A stretch of DNA of 64,000 bases from an uncultured delta proteobacterium (GTDB taxonomy: Bacteria > Desulfobacterota > Binatia > Binatales > Binataceae), in NCBI GenBank assembly GCA_963747845.1, contig CAVVGR010000014.1:4437-68436 (forward strand). The letters are read 5' to 3'. Positions 12,457 to 23,870 of this stretch are shown here, piece by piece (positions within the stretch are counted from its first letter, which is position 1; each line of letters begins with the position of its first letter). Under the pieces are notes generated by a model, which saw only the letters and a list, made by a program, of their open reading frames with translations, was not told the origin of the DNA and ran no database searches. A program made the position numbers and the translations under genes.

Positions 12457-14856
12457 TCAAGCCGATTTGCCCGCGGAGGTAGCACTGTCCGCGCTGCGTT
12501 TGATCCATCCGGTCATGCCGAGCGCGCGGAATTGTTTAAGAGCCACATCGACTTCGAGTCTCGACTCGAATGGCGGCTCGATGTTGTAGGCTCTCAGTTG
12601 ATCCAGCGGAAGTTGGCGGAGGACCACACGCAGCTCGCGCTCGCCTACGGAATCCACGCGAATGCCGGGGGACGCCGGGTCTTCGGCACTTAGTCGCAGC
12701 AGGTCGAGGTCCCTCAGGCTGGCCCACACGATGTCGCGGCGGCTGCCTGCGTGCCGGAGTCCGGCGGCGGCGATTTCCCAGGCGCCGCGCATGAGGCCCG
12801 CCGAGTACATCGTGCGGGCCGCGTACGCCAGATAGTCGGCGGCGGCTTCAGGGCTTTCGGCCGCCGCAATCAACTCGCCCGCCTCCAGCGTGACGCTCGG
12901 CGCTTTTTCTTCGTTCAGTGTCCAGACCAGGCCGACGCCGAGACGGGCCAGCACGCGGGGCCGGCGCGGGTCGGCGTGAGGCAGCAATTCCAGTGCGATG
13001 CGCAAAAAATCCGTAACCTCGTCAAAGGCATAGGCCGATTCGGCATTGTCGGCGGCGGCGATGGCGTACTCCACGCCGCGTTCAGCGCCGGCGGCAGCAG
13101 CGCCGCGCCAGAACTGATAAGCGACCTCGGCCGCGTGTTCCGCCGCCCGCTCGCCCCACACCCCCTCCATCTCTTCGGCTATTTTGCGATGCAGCCGCAC
13201 GCGCCGCGCCGAGTTGAGCTCGGAATACGTGGTGTTCCGAATCACCGCATGGGTGAAATCGAATCTGTCGGAATCGGAACCGGGGCGCAGAAGCTGGGCG
13301 TCAAGCGCTTCGTCGATCGCCCTGAGCGCGGAGTCCTCATCCAGATTGGCGACCGCCGCGGCAATGTTCAGCGAGAATTCGCCGTTAAAGGCGCACGCAA
13401 CCGAGAGCAACCGGTTGGCTTCCTCCGACAGCCGCAGCAGCCGCCGGCCGACAATCTGACGCACGCTTTCCGGAATACCGAGTTGCTCGACGCTGAGCCG
13501 CGAGAGCCAGCCTGGGCCGCCCTGCAAAATCTTTCGCTCTTCCACCAGGTGCAGCAGCAGCTCGCGGATGAACAGCGGGTTGCCTTCGGTCGCTCCGTCC
13601 AACGCCTTGACCAGCGCGTCCGGCGCATCGTCGTCCCCAATCATGCCGAGCAAATTGGCCAGATCGACTTCTTCGAGCCCGCTCAGCGTCAGCTTGTCGA
13701 AATTCCGCATCCGGCTGATAGCGACGAGCGCGGCCGCGAGTGGATGCTTGCGGTCAACTTCTGCGTCGCGATAGGCGCCAATCAGCAGAATCGAATTGGC
13801 GGGGACAAAATGCGCGGCGTGAGTGAGCATCGCCACCGTCCCGCGGTCTGCCCAGTGCAAGTCGTCCAGGATGATAACGAGCGGCGTCTGCCGCGAAACA
13901 GCAATCAGGAACTGCGACAGCGCATCGAACAAACGTACCCGCTCCTCTTCTTTACCCAGGGAAGGCGGTGGCTGAATGTCCGCTAGGATGTCATTCAGAG
14001 CGGGCGCAATGCGCGCCATGATCGATGCGTGTTTGCCCAAAGCGGCCGAAAATTCCGCCGGCCGCAGCCGCCGCGAACGATCAACGATCGCCTCTGCGAA
14101 CGGACCGTACGGCGCCTGCCATTCACCGTCGTAGCAGGCTCCGGTTATTACGATTGCACCCCGCTGCCGCGCCAGGTCTGAAAATTCCTCGAGCGTGCGG
14201 GTTTTGCCAATTCCCGGCTCGCCGCAAAGCATCGCGACCGATCCGTGACCGTTACATGCTTCATCCAGGCTGGCGGCCAGTCGTTTCAGTTGCTCGGCAC
14301 GTCCCACGAACGGTGTCCGCTTCAACATCGCGGCCGGGTCGTTGCGTTCGTACAGCACCTCGGAAACAGCGGTGGGCGCGGCAACACCCTTAAGCTCCAA
14401 CTGGCCGAGATCGCGGAAGTCGAACGTCTGCCGCGTCGCCAGCAGGTCTGCGACCATCTTGCTGCACAGAATCTGGCCGCTCGACGCACGATCGCACAGC
14501 CGGCGCGCGACCACGAGCGCCATGCCGAAATAACCGCCTTCACGCCTCAGCACTTCGCCGAAATGAATCCCGATGCGAATCTCGAAGCGCGCGCCTGCTA
14601 CCGGTCGTCGCGCGGTCTGCTCGATACCAATCGCGCAGCGCACCGCGTCGGCCGTCGACGAGAACGCAGCCAGCACACCGTCGCCCAGCCACTCGAGCTC
14701 TTGCCCGCCACTACCGGCGACCGCATCGCTTATCAACTTATGATGAGCCTCGAAGAACCGCTCGCCGGCCTCATCGCCGACCGACTGCAAAATCTCGGTG
14801 GAATTGACCAGGTCGCTGAACAGCAGCGTTTCTGTGCCTGATTGCCCCGCGACCAT
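12457..14856 (-). CDS. multidomain signalling protein: class III adenylate/guanylate cyclase + AAA+ (STAND-like) ATPase + helical/TPR-like region
   Basis: N-terminal class III cyclase domain (LLFSDLVNST...LEWLGDGVLAAF...IGIHFGEV), then P-loop GEPGIGKTRTL, then a ~450-aa helical region. No C-terminal LuxR-type HTH is recognisable. Confidence 0.8.
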   Translation of the reverse strand: MVAGQSGTETLLFSDLVNSTEILQSVGDEAGERFFEAHHKLISDAVAGSGGQELEWLGDGVLAAFSSTADAVRCAIGIEQTARRPVAGARFEIRIGIHFGEVLRREGGYFGMALVVARRLCDRASSGQILCSKMVADLLATRQTFDFRDLGQLELKGVAAPTAVSEVLYERNDPAAMLKRTPFVGRAEQLKRLAASLDEACNGHGSVAMLCGEPGIGKTRTLEEFSDLARQRGAIVITGACYDGEWQAPYGPFAEAIVDRSRRLRPAEFSAALGKHASIMARIAPALNDILADIQPPPSLGKEEERVRLFDALSQFLIAVSRQTPLVIILDDLHWADRGTVAMLTHAAHFVPANSILLIGAYRDAEVDRKHPLAAALVAISRMRNFDKLTLSGLEEVDLANLLGMIGDDDAPDALVKALDGATEGNPLFIRELLLHLVEERKILQGGPGWLSRLSVEQLGIPESVRQIVGRRLLRLSEEANRLLSVACAFNGEFSLNIAAAVANLDEDSALRAIDEALDAQLLRPGSDSDRFDFTHAVIRNTTYSELNSARRVRLHRKIAEEMEGVWGERAAEHAAEVAYQFWRGAAAAGAERGVEYAIAAADNAESAYAFDEVTDFLRIALELLPHADPRRPRVLARLGVGLVWTLNEEKAPSVTLEAGELIAAAESPEAAADYLAYAARTMYSAGLMRGAWEIAAAGLRHAGSRRDIVWASLRDLDLLRLSAEDPASPGIRVDSVGERELRVVLRQLPLDQLRAYNIEPPFESRLEVDVALKQFRALGMTGWIKRSADSATSAGKSA

Positions 14857-15259
14857 TTCCCAGTGCCCCCTGGTCTCAACCGACTATTGGATATTGCGCA
14901 GACCCTGCAGTCGAAAGGATCCTCCCTTACTCATGCCAATATACCCAAAACATCCTGCGCGAAACCAAATTGGCGTTGCCCCAAACGACGCGCGATTTGC
15001 GATGATGACACCGCGTCAGCGCAGTCCACGCGGATTGACAGTGAATCTACCTGGAGAGGAGTTGACGCAGAGAGTAACAATTCTCGTCTGACAGGTAGCG
15101 CAGATGCGACGGCAGCATCTGCAAGTGAGTTTGGTGGCCATGGGGGAATTCCTCCGGACTCGAACCGCATAAAAGTCAGTCTGCGACTCACGCGGCCGGC
15201 TCCAACTTCAAGCTGAGAGCCTCGATTCCGGAACGTTTGGCAGTTGGGGGGAACTGACG

Positions 15260-17452
15260 ATGGAATCGCGGGCACGCGCTGCCTCTCGCAAAGCTGCAAC
15301 CGAATCGACCAGGCTGAAGCGAGTCGCACCGTTCGTGCTCGGCGCGATCATGCTGCTGGCCTTCATCATGGGGAGAGGCGCGCCGGCGTCGGCGCAAACC
15401 GTAGTCACCGTCAGCAGCACTGCCGACCCCAGCGCCAGCGGACTCTGCACTTTGCGCGATGCAATAAATGTCGTGCAAGGCGGCTCGCCTTCAGGTGGCG
15501 ACAGTTGCCCCACCAGTGGAAGCGGTGCGTACCTCATTCAGTTCAGCGTGACCGGCACGATCGGGCTCAGCAGCAAGATGCCCACGATTACTACCACCAG
15601 CGGTCTGACGATCACCGGGCCAGCCGGCGGTATCACCATCGACGGCGGCAACACATACCAGGCGATGTATGTGAATTCTGGAGCCGTGATCAGTATCAGC
15701 GGGCTGACCATTCAGAACTGCACCAGCGTCATCCCAACCGATCCAACCGGAATCCCGGGCGGCGCCATCGTCAATAGCGGTACGCTGACGCTGACCAATT
15801 TCACCTTCAACGATAACGACACGGGCAACAATGGTGGCGCCATTATCAATGAGGGCGGCACGCTCACGCTGTATAACAGCACGCTGTTCGGCAACTTCGC
15901 GAGCGGCGCCGGTGGCGGCGTTTACAACTCAGAGCGGCACGCTGACGGTAAACAACAGCAGCTTCAACAATAACGAGGCTGGCACCACTGACGGCGGCGG
16001 CATTGACAATGCGAGCGGTACGGTGACGGTGACAAACAGCACCTTCTCCGGCGACAGCGCCTCATCGTCCGGCGGCGCTATTGCGAATTACGATACGCTG
16101 ACCGTCATCAACAGCACCTTCGCTGGAAACCAGGCGGGCAGCGGGGCCATTTACAACGCCGGCAGCAGCACGGCGAACGTGAGCTACAGCACGTTCTACC
16201 AAAACATTGCTTTCAGCAACGCCAGCGGGATCGTCAACGGCGGCACGTTAGTCTCGAGAGCACGATTCTGGCCGAGTCCGAGAACGGCGCCAACTGCAAC
16301 GGCCTTAGCTCTGCCGACGATGGGGGCTATAACCTGTCCGATGACGGCACTTGTAACTTTACCGCCACCGGCAGCCAGAACAACGCCAGCAACCTGAATC
16401 TCGATGATACCGACGGGCTGACTAACAACGGCGGTCCGACCGACACCGTCGCGCTCGAGCCCGGCAGCATCGCGATCGCCGCGATAGCGGCGGCCAGTTG
16501 CAACTACCAGACGGTGAACCCATGCACCGATCCTCCAACGCTTTCGGCTTCGGGCGCGCTGACCTGCGATCAGCGCGGCTTTACGCGCCCCGGCACCAGC
16601 GGTAACTGCGATATCGGTGCCTATCAGTCCCAATTCACGGCGACTGCAACGCCAACCGCGACCGCAACTCCTACGGCAACCGCGACCGCGACAGCCACCG
16701 CAACGGCTACCCCGACAGCAACCGCCACTGCAACTGCCACGCCAACTGCAACGGCAACTGCGACGGCGACCGTTACTAGGACTGCGACCGCAACGGCGAC
16801 CGCCACTCGGACTGCGACTGCAACGGCGACCACGACAGCCACTGCGACACCGACCCGAACGGCCACGGCGACAGCGACCAGAACTGCAACTGCTACAGCC
16901 TCGCCAACTGCGACCGCTTCCCCCTTCGTGCTCCTCCCAAACAGCGAGAGGGTGCAGATAGTCCATTCGACCCGCGTCGATTCGGATGAGGTCAACCTGG
17001 CGGTGACCTTCACAGAGAACGGCGCGCCTACCTGCCGACCTGATCAGGACGCACTCAGTTCAGGCCTCGGGGTGAAATTGTTTGCGGGTGATTGCAGCGG
17101 TCCGCTCACCAACGGACTACACCTGACACTAAGTCCGTTTATCGTGACTACAATCGACCACGTGAGCTATGGAACCCTCTTTCAGACATTTGCGCCCGCG
17201 GAGACCGTCTTGGCCAGGATGATCGCACTGGCCCCGCCCGCCTCACCTGGATGTGGACAGTGGACGCTGGACGTTGAGGTGTCAGAACTCGATACGGCGT
17301 CGCTGGGCCTGGGAGGCGGCAATCCGTTTGCGTTGGTGTTGACCACCGCCGATGGCGACTTCGCCCGATGCTTCGATATCACGAATGCGATCGTCGGCGA
17401 CCAGATCGATCTGCCGGAGAAGCCAGTGGTGCGGCGCGGAACGCGACGGTAA
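15260..17452 (+). CDS. secreted CSLREA-domain / parallel beta-helix repeat protein with Thr-Ala-Pro linker and unknown C-terminal domain; reading frame broken twice (about 15929 and 16253)
   Basis: Signal peptide and CTLRDAI (CSLREA-type) motif. Beta-helix repeats (GGAI.N.GTLT..NS.F.GN) continue in frame 0 (15831-16397) and then frame 2 (16250-17452). Each junction is explained by a single-base indel (aac-t-cag; gt-ctcgag). Confidence 0.7.
16638..16920 (+). repeat. imperfect tandem nucleotide repeats encoding a (T-A-T-A-T-P/R)n low-complexity linker
   Basis: Translation TATATPTATATPTATATATATATATP...RTATATA. The DNA is an ACGGCAACCGCGACCGCGACAGCC-type repeat. Confidence 0.8.
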
Positions 17453-17620
17453 AGGCGTTGGCGGACCTCGGCAAGTCGTAGCTTGCTGCGAAGGCGCACG
17501 CCCACAGGGATTACGCGCCAACAGTGCCGGATCTCAATGGCGGCCGCGGACGCCGAATTGCCTGATCCACGCCGGGTTGATCGAACTGGGGAGTTAAACG
17601 ACTCCGAGCAGGGAGGATAT

Positions 17621-18537
17621 ATGGCAAGCTCGAGAATGATGCTGGTCGTTTCCTTGACGCTTCTGCTGGCCACTGTTGCCGCCTATGGCGGCGGCTCGGG
17701 TGGATCGAGCTCGTCTTCGGCGGGCGGGTTAAAGGGTAGCCGTAGTCTAAAGTCAACTGCGAGATTTAGTTTTCCATACGATGTTGCAGTCGACGGTGAT
17801 GACAATCTGTGGGTTGCGGATTCTGGCACAGTGAGATCCGGGAGATCACGATCGCTGGCGCGGTGACTACATTTGACGGCGTCAGCTCGGGGCTCGAGGA
17901 CCCCGTGAGCGTGACCGTAAGCGGCTTCGACGATCTGTATATCAGCAATTCAAACGAAATCCTGCTGATTATGCCGAATCGGGTGGTGAGTACCGACGCT
18001 GGTTCCGATGACCCGGGATCAGGGAACGGTACCGGCTCCGGCGCCAGCTTTGACGCGCTGGCCGACACTGTATTGGACAGCGCCGGCAACCTCTATGTCG
18101 CGGATTTTGGCAACAACGAGATAAGAAAGATCACGCCTTCAGAGGTAGTGACCACATTCGCAGGCTCGACTACGCCGGTTTCCGCCAATGGAACCGGGAC
18201 CGCTGCGAGCTTCCATGGGCCGTACGGCATCGCGATGGATGAAGCCGATAACCTTTACGTCACGGATTACTATAACGAAGAGATCCGGGAAATCACGCCA
18301 GGCGCAGTGGTTAGCACGTTCGCGGGTTCAACCACGCCCGGCTCGCATGACGGCGACGGAACCAATGCGAGCTTCAGGCTTCCGGCGGGCATTGCGATCG
18401 ATAGCACCAGTGGCAACCTCTACGTCGCCGACCGAGGCAACAACGAAATCCGTCAAATCAAGCCGGACGGAAAGGTCGAAACGGTAGCGGGTTCGACAAC
18501 GCCCGGAAACAAGGATGGCACGGCGCTGCCCCGATAG
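17621..18537 (+). CDS. secreted NHL-repeat protein; frameshifted near 17828 (apparent loss of one A: GGCAACAGTGAG read as GGCACAGTGAG)
   Basis: GGGAGGA ribosome-binding site, signal peptide MASSRMMLVVSLTLLLATVAA, repeated NLYVADxGNNEIRxITP...TFAGS units. The first unit is split between frame 2 (17483-17866) and frame 1 (17809-18537). Confidence 0.7.
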
Positions 18538-19849
18538 AGGCCACACGGCGGCAGCGCTCGGAAAACCCGATCATTGAATTTCGTCCGGTGCAACAGCCAG
18601 ACCGTCTCCGGGTGGAACTGAGGTTCTGGGCGTAACTCCGCAAATAGGGAGAGGAGACGGAAAATGTATCCTCGCATGCTCGGCACCGCGTTGGGTCGGT
18701 TGTTGCTGCTCATCTTTGGTCTTGCGCCACTGCCCGCGATGGCTTCGTTGCCGACGGGGCCCGGAACCAACATTCTGACGAGCGTCGCCGCCTCTCCTGA
18801 CAGCGTTTCTGGGTTCAGGTGGATGGCGGCGTTGATAACGACGAAAACGGCGGTTCGCCGACGCTCGCGATCGGCGGCGCCGCAGTTCGACAGCGTGCCG
18901 TTTCGCGGAAGCATCGCCGCCATACCCGGCAAGGAAGGCTACTGGATCGTCACCGACCTTGGAGCAATTTGTGCCAGAGGCCTGCACCGCCCACCAAGGT
19001 TTTGCTCAGTGCATGAAGCCCTGCAGGAGCGGGCCGATCATTGATGTCAGCGGACTGCCTGCTGCGCCGTTGGGGTTGGCTGCTCCGGTGGAACCGGGTG
19101 CGCCGTTCTGCGCTCCCATTCCGGTGAGCGCGCCGAGTAGGAGCCAGACGCGCCCGGACCTGGGGCGCCGCCATTCGCCGCAGCGTATCCTTGCGCATTG
19201 TACCCTTGCGGCGCGCCATATCCCTGGGGAGCGCTAGCGCTGTAGCCGTTACCCTGCTCATGTCTGTTGTGCGATCCATACGTCCGGACGAGGCTGGTTC
19301 TGCGATAGCCGCTGCCGGAAGGCGCGCTCCATTCGGCCGACTGCCGATCTCTGGTTGACGGAGTCGAGCTGGGACGCAGCTGATGGCTGTTATAGTCGTG
19401 ATAGTAGTCAGCCTGCGAATCTGGTTGTTGAGTCCTCGCGCTGCTCTTCAGCTGGGCGACCTGAGGATTGCTGGCGCTCCATACCGCCGCCGGAGGCGTT
19501 GACCCTCCACCGTAGCCGCCGAGTTCTGGGCCAGCGCCGCGACCGCATCGCGATATGACGCCGCGCTACGATCGCCATCAATCGCTGCGTCATGAGTGAT
19601 ACCTCTCCGCTGGAGTCTCGATCCACATCGCTCCATTACCAATACGATTACGCGCGGTCGCCGTTTCCCAATCGCGTTGGCGATGGCTGAGCGCTTGACG
19701 ACGACCGGGGGTCGGGACGCCGTCCGCGTCGATTGTCGATGAATCCTGCCCATGCCGATGATTTTGGAGCTGTACTTAACCGGATCTTTGGCTATTTGCT
19801 CATTTTCAGTAGAGGAAGAAGGCCGAATGTCGTAGAGCCGGGTCCACGT

Positions 19850-21248
19850 ATGAAGACCCCGGAAAGAACACACTGCGTGCCGGGCGCTGCGGCTGCGCTG
19901 CTGCTCATTCTGGCGTTTGCCGGAACGAGCGAGGCTGGATGGCACCATTTCCAGTTCAAAACTCCCAGTTTACTCGCTTGCTGTCGCTCCCGACGGCACG
20001 ACGCACTACTTCCTCTACGACTCTCCGGACCTGAAGCATCTCGAGATCAGTTCAGCCGGCAAAGTGATCAGTGAAGAGACAGTCCCGCTAACGGGGGAAG
20101 AAGGAATTTCGAACGTAGTAATTAATCCGGCCGGCATTTGCATCTGATCAGCTACTCCGAAGTCTCGGGAGTTACCTCGATTGCTTACGGCGTTCGCGAC
20201 TCAGGCGGGTGGCACTTTCAGACCATCCCCAATTCAAATTGTGGAAACTATTTGTCAATCGCGCTGGATGCGAACAATTATCCGCTGATCCCATGCGAGC
20301 CCATCGATCCGGCTACCGGATTCCCGATCGATGGGTTCACTTTGATCAGCTACGACGGAACGAACTGGAGCTCTGAGACGATAACGACGGAAGACCTCGG
20401 TACGACGGCCAAATACGCGTCGGTGGCGGGCGGCTCGGATGGATCGATCAGGTTGTATACACCGACCCGAGTGACGACATGATCTACGCAGTCAAACGCG
20501 CGGGAGGCTGGAGCGTCACGACACGGGTTTGACCACGAGCTCGATTTTCGGACCGTTCCTGGCGCTTGATTCGATGAATGAACCTGAAATCATCCTCGAC
20601 TCGGGTACCTCGACAGCGTACGCCCACTTTGACGGCACCAGCTGGTCCGAGCAGACCGTCCTAGCGAATTCAAAGCCTTCCAATCTCATCTTCGGTGCTG
20701 GCGATGTTCCGACCACGGTCGAGATAGAGAACTCAAAAAAAGCGTATTCGCCCAGGACATCGATGGTGCATGGCAGTTTCAGACCATCGGACAAGGCCCG
20801 GGACTCGGTAGCGCCATGGTCGGTCTGGATGCGTTGGGTATTCCGCACCTGGGAGTGGAAGCAGGCACGATGGATGTGAGCGTCGCGGTATTTGCGTATC
20901 TGGCGGAGCCCGCGCTCAGCATCGCCCTGGAACAGGTCCAGAGCGCGACCGTGAAGAGCAAGCAAAAAATTACGGGTAAGCTGCAACTGATGAATCAAGG
21001 CACTGGCGGCGGCGGGAAATTCAAGTCGCTATTTTCTCTCGGACGGCCCGACGCTCGACGGTTCTGCCATGAGCCTGGGTACAAAAGATGTAGACGCCCC
21101 TCAACCCGGAGCGGGCGCAACCTCGAGCTTCAGCTTCAGCTCAACCGCCAGTGTGACCGGGAAATATCTGATCGCACAGATCGCGCCGCGCAACCCGTCG
21201 CAGCCTTCGATCCTGATCGAGAGCACCGCGGCCGCGCCAATTCAGTAG
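19850..21248 (+). pseudogene. secreted repeat protein (G-W-H-F-Q-T-I repeats) disrupted by at least 5 frameshifts; lower GC than neighbouring sequence
   Basis: Signal peptide MKTPERTHCVPGAAAALLLILAFAGTSEA. Homologous repeat units (GWHHFQFK / GGWHFQTIPNS / DGAWQFQTIGQG) appear successively in ORFs 19733, 19917, 20138, 20529, 20816 and a sixth frame ending at 21248. Confidence 0.6.
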
Positions 21249-21304
21249 CGGACGGTCAATTTCAGTTTGATGGTCGCGGCTTGCGTGCCTGAACTCCACA
21301 GTAG

Positions 21305-21775
21305 TCAGGTTCGCCGGTGGATTGGGTCGATCCACGCTACGGACTCGGGCTTCTCCGCCGGTTCAATGTCGAGGTTGACCACGACTGTCTCCTGGTCGCT
21401 GCGCACAACCACGCATTTCAGCGGCTCCTTCGCCAAAGCGTTTATTTCCTGATGCGGCACGTAGGGCGGAATATAAATGAAGTCTCCCGGCCCCGCCTCC
21501 GCGGTGAACTCCAAATGTTCACCCCAACGCATGCGCGCGCGACCGTCTACGACGTAAATAACGCTCTCGAGCGATCCATGATGGTGCGGTCCGGTTTTGG
21601 CATTCGGTTCGATTTTGACGGTCCCGGCCCAGATTTTCTGGGCTCCGACGCGCGCGTAATTGATAGCCGCGGCACGGGTCATTCCAGGCGTTTGCGGAGT
21701 GTTCTGATCCAACGAATCGCTGGGAATGACCCTGACGCCGTTGGTCTTCCAATCGATTTTGTCTTTGTCTGACAT
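21305..21775 (-). CDS. cupin domain protein
   Basis: 156-aa ORF with cupin metal-site motifs (GPHHHGSLESVIYVVDG...GDFIYIPPYVPHQEIN). Confidence 0.75.
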   Translation of the reverse strand: MSDKDKIDWKTNGVRVIPSDSLDQNTPQTPGMTRAAAINYARVGAQKIWAGTVKIEPNAKTGPHHHGSLESVIYVVDGRARMRWGEHLEFTAEAGPGDFIYIPPYVPHQEINALAKEPLKCVVVRSDQETVVVNLDIEPAEKPESVAWIDPIHRRT

Positions 21776-22031
21776 TGCTGTTCTCGACTATTCGAAACGT
21801 GAGCGGCCTCAGTCCGAGCTTCGTTTATCTTCCTGAAGGAAGAAATAGGCAATGCCCTTCGCGCTTGCCCCTGGCAGGCGATAGCCGGGTAACCCTGACC
21901 CTTCCTTCCAGAATGGGGAAGGGGAACCGCATGAAGAACTCGCGACCGTCCTCGAAGGAAATTTTGGCTTTGATGAATAGACAGTCGAGCTAGAAATCGG
22001 TAGTAACTCGGGGGCGAGTTTTACTATCTGA

Positions 22032-23870
22032 ATGAGTGGATCACCGATCAGCCGGCGCGAGTTTCTGCTTAGAGCTGGGCAGGCCGGGCTTGGTTTGGGT
22101 TTCGGATCGCATTTGCTTGCGCTGGCCGGATGCGGCGGCGGCGGCAACACCGTCACGGAGACTCCCGGCGGTTTCGATGCGATCATCGTCGGCGGCGGCG
22201 CGGCCGGCGCGATCGTCGCCGCCAAACTGCAGGCCGCCAGCGGCGGGCGCAAGCGCGTCCTGCTTATCGAAGCTGGCGGCCCGACCAGCGCGACCATCGG
22301 CGGCAACGACTTCCCGTCGTGGCTCCCGTCCGACCGCACCGACCTCACGATTTTCGACGTGCCCGGCGAGTACTCGCTGCTGGCCTGGTCAACTCTGGCC
22401 GCACCCTACCGGCTAACCGAGACGCCGTTCACTTGGCAAGGCATCGGACTCGGCGGCAACGCCATGTTCAACGGGATGTTGTTCCAGACCAATCCGTCGG
22501 AGAAATTCGACCAGGACTGGCCGGCAGGATGGAGTTCGGCCGAGATGGCGCCCTACTTCGCGACTGTGCGCCAGAATATCCCGGTGACGAACACGCCGTC
22601 GACCGATGGCGTCGCGCAGAATACCGGCCCGGCGGACATCATTCACCCGCTTTACGCGGGCAACGGATGGGTCGAGGGCGACACCAGCACGGGGATCAGC
22701 GGGTCGGGCGGAGTTTACAGCCGGCCGTATGTCGCGGCGAGCAGCGGCCGTCGCGCAGGACCGATCAGCGGATATTTTGCGGCCGTCGATCCGGGCGGGG
22801 TGCCGAATGCGGGCCTCGAAATCCTGCAGTTTGCCAAGTGCGATCGAATCGACTTCGACGCCGATGGCACCGCGACGGCTGTGATCTATACGCGGCGCCC
22901 CAGCCTGGATCAGTCGCAGCCGGGTACCGAAGGTGCGGCTTTTCTGAAGCCCGGCGGCGTAGTCGTGATGGCGGCGGGCGCGCTTATCACGCCGCGCATA
23001 TTGCTTTTGAGCGGCGTAGGTCCGCGCGGACGCGAGGCTGAGATTTTTCCCGGCCGTTCGAAGACCCCGAGATTTAAAATCAACAATCCGCAGATCGGCA
23101 TCGGCGTGTTCGACCACATCATGACGATGGTCACCTACAGCTACAGCGGAGCGGTGCCGTACCAGGCGTACAACTACGGCAACTTCGCCGCCAATGCGGC
23201 GGACCTGGCCAACTACCTGGCCAACGGCAGCGGGCCGTATGCGCAATACCAGCCGGTTTCGATTTTGAATTACGGGCTGGGCAGCGCGACGCCCAATATC
23301 GAGGTCTTCCTCAATCCGAATGGCGCCGGCGCGCAGGGCGGTCCGTTCTATGGTCCGACCGCTTTTTCGGCCTACTGCATGCTGCTCGATCCGCAGGCGC
23401 GCGGACTGATCACGCTCAACGATCAGGACCAGGTCATCGCCCCCGACATCTACTTTCCGAACAACGCCGACGGCGACGCCGATGCGACGCTGATGACCCA
23501 GGCCGTGTTCGATATGATTCAGCTGTTCGAGCAGAACCCGGATTTGGAGATCGTGTTCGGTCCCGGCAGTTCGAGTCATCCTGATCTGAATCCCAACAGC
23601 CTCGCCGACATCCGCACCTACGTCACCGGCCCGCAACCGGTGGACGGCGTCTATTTCAACAAGCTGGTAATCAATCACTTCGGCGGCACTGCCGCGCTCA
23701 GCGACGGTCCCGGCGGCGTCAATCCGAAAACGCTGATCGTGCGCGGCACGACCAACGTGGCGGTGGTGGACGCGTCGCTGATCCCGACCATCGTGCCGGC
23801 CCATCCGGTAGGCACGATCATGGCGGTTGCCGATCGTGCGGGCGATATCCTGGCAGCGCGTTGGAAATGA
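22032..23870 (+). CDS. GMC family oxidoreductase (FAD-dependent), TAT signal peptide
   Basis: SRREFLLRAGQAGLGLG twin-arginine motif, FAD-binding DAIIVGGGAAGAIVA, GMC C-terminal region. Confidence 0.8.
   Translation: MSGSPISRREFLLRAGQAGLGLGFGSHLLALAGCGGGGNTVTETPGGFDAIIVGGGAAGAIVAAKLQAASGGRKRVLLIEAGGPTSATIGGNDFPSWLPSDRTDLTIFDVPGEYSLLAWSTLAAPYRLTETPFTWQGIGLGGNAMFNGMLFQTNPSEKFDQDWPAGWSSAEMAPYFATVRQNIPVTNTPSTDGVAQNTGPADIIHPLYAGNGWVEGDTSTGISGSGGVYSRPYVAASSGRRAGPISGYFAAVDPGGVPNAGLEILQFAKCDRIDFDADGTATAVIYTRRPSLDQSQPGTEGAAFLKPGGVVVMAAGALITPRILLLSGVGPRGREAEIFPGRSKTPRFKINNPQIGIGVFDHIMTMVTYSYSGAVPYQAYNYGNFAANAADLANYLANGSGPYAQYQPVSILNYGLGSATPNIEVFLNPNGAGAQGGPFYGPTAFSAYCMLLDPQARGLITLNDQDQVIAPDIYFPNNADGDADATLMTQAVFDMIQLFEQNPDLEIVFGPGSSSHPDLNPNSLADIRTYVTGPQPVDGVYFNKLVINHFGGTAALSDGPGGVNPKTLIVRGTTNVAVVDASLIPTIVPAHPVGTIMAVADRAGDILAARWK

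Noticed and set aside
12751-13986. 411-aa plus-strand ORF
   Set aside because: Antisense to the cyclase-AAA+ gene, which has clear domain motifs.
16196-16966. 256-aa minus-strand ORF rich in Cys/Arg/Gly
   Set aside because: Antisense of the beta-helix gene and its TA-linker repeat. Repeat-derived composition.
22413-23804. 463-aa minus-strand ORF
   Set aside because: Antisense to the GMC oxidoreductase.
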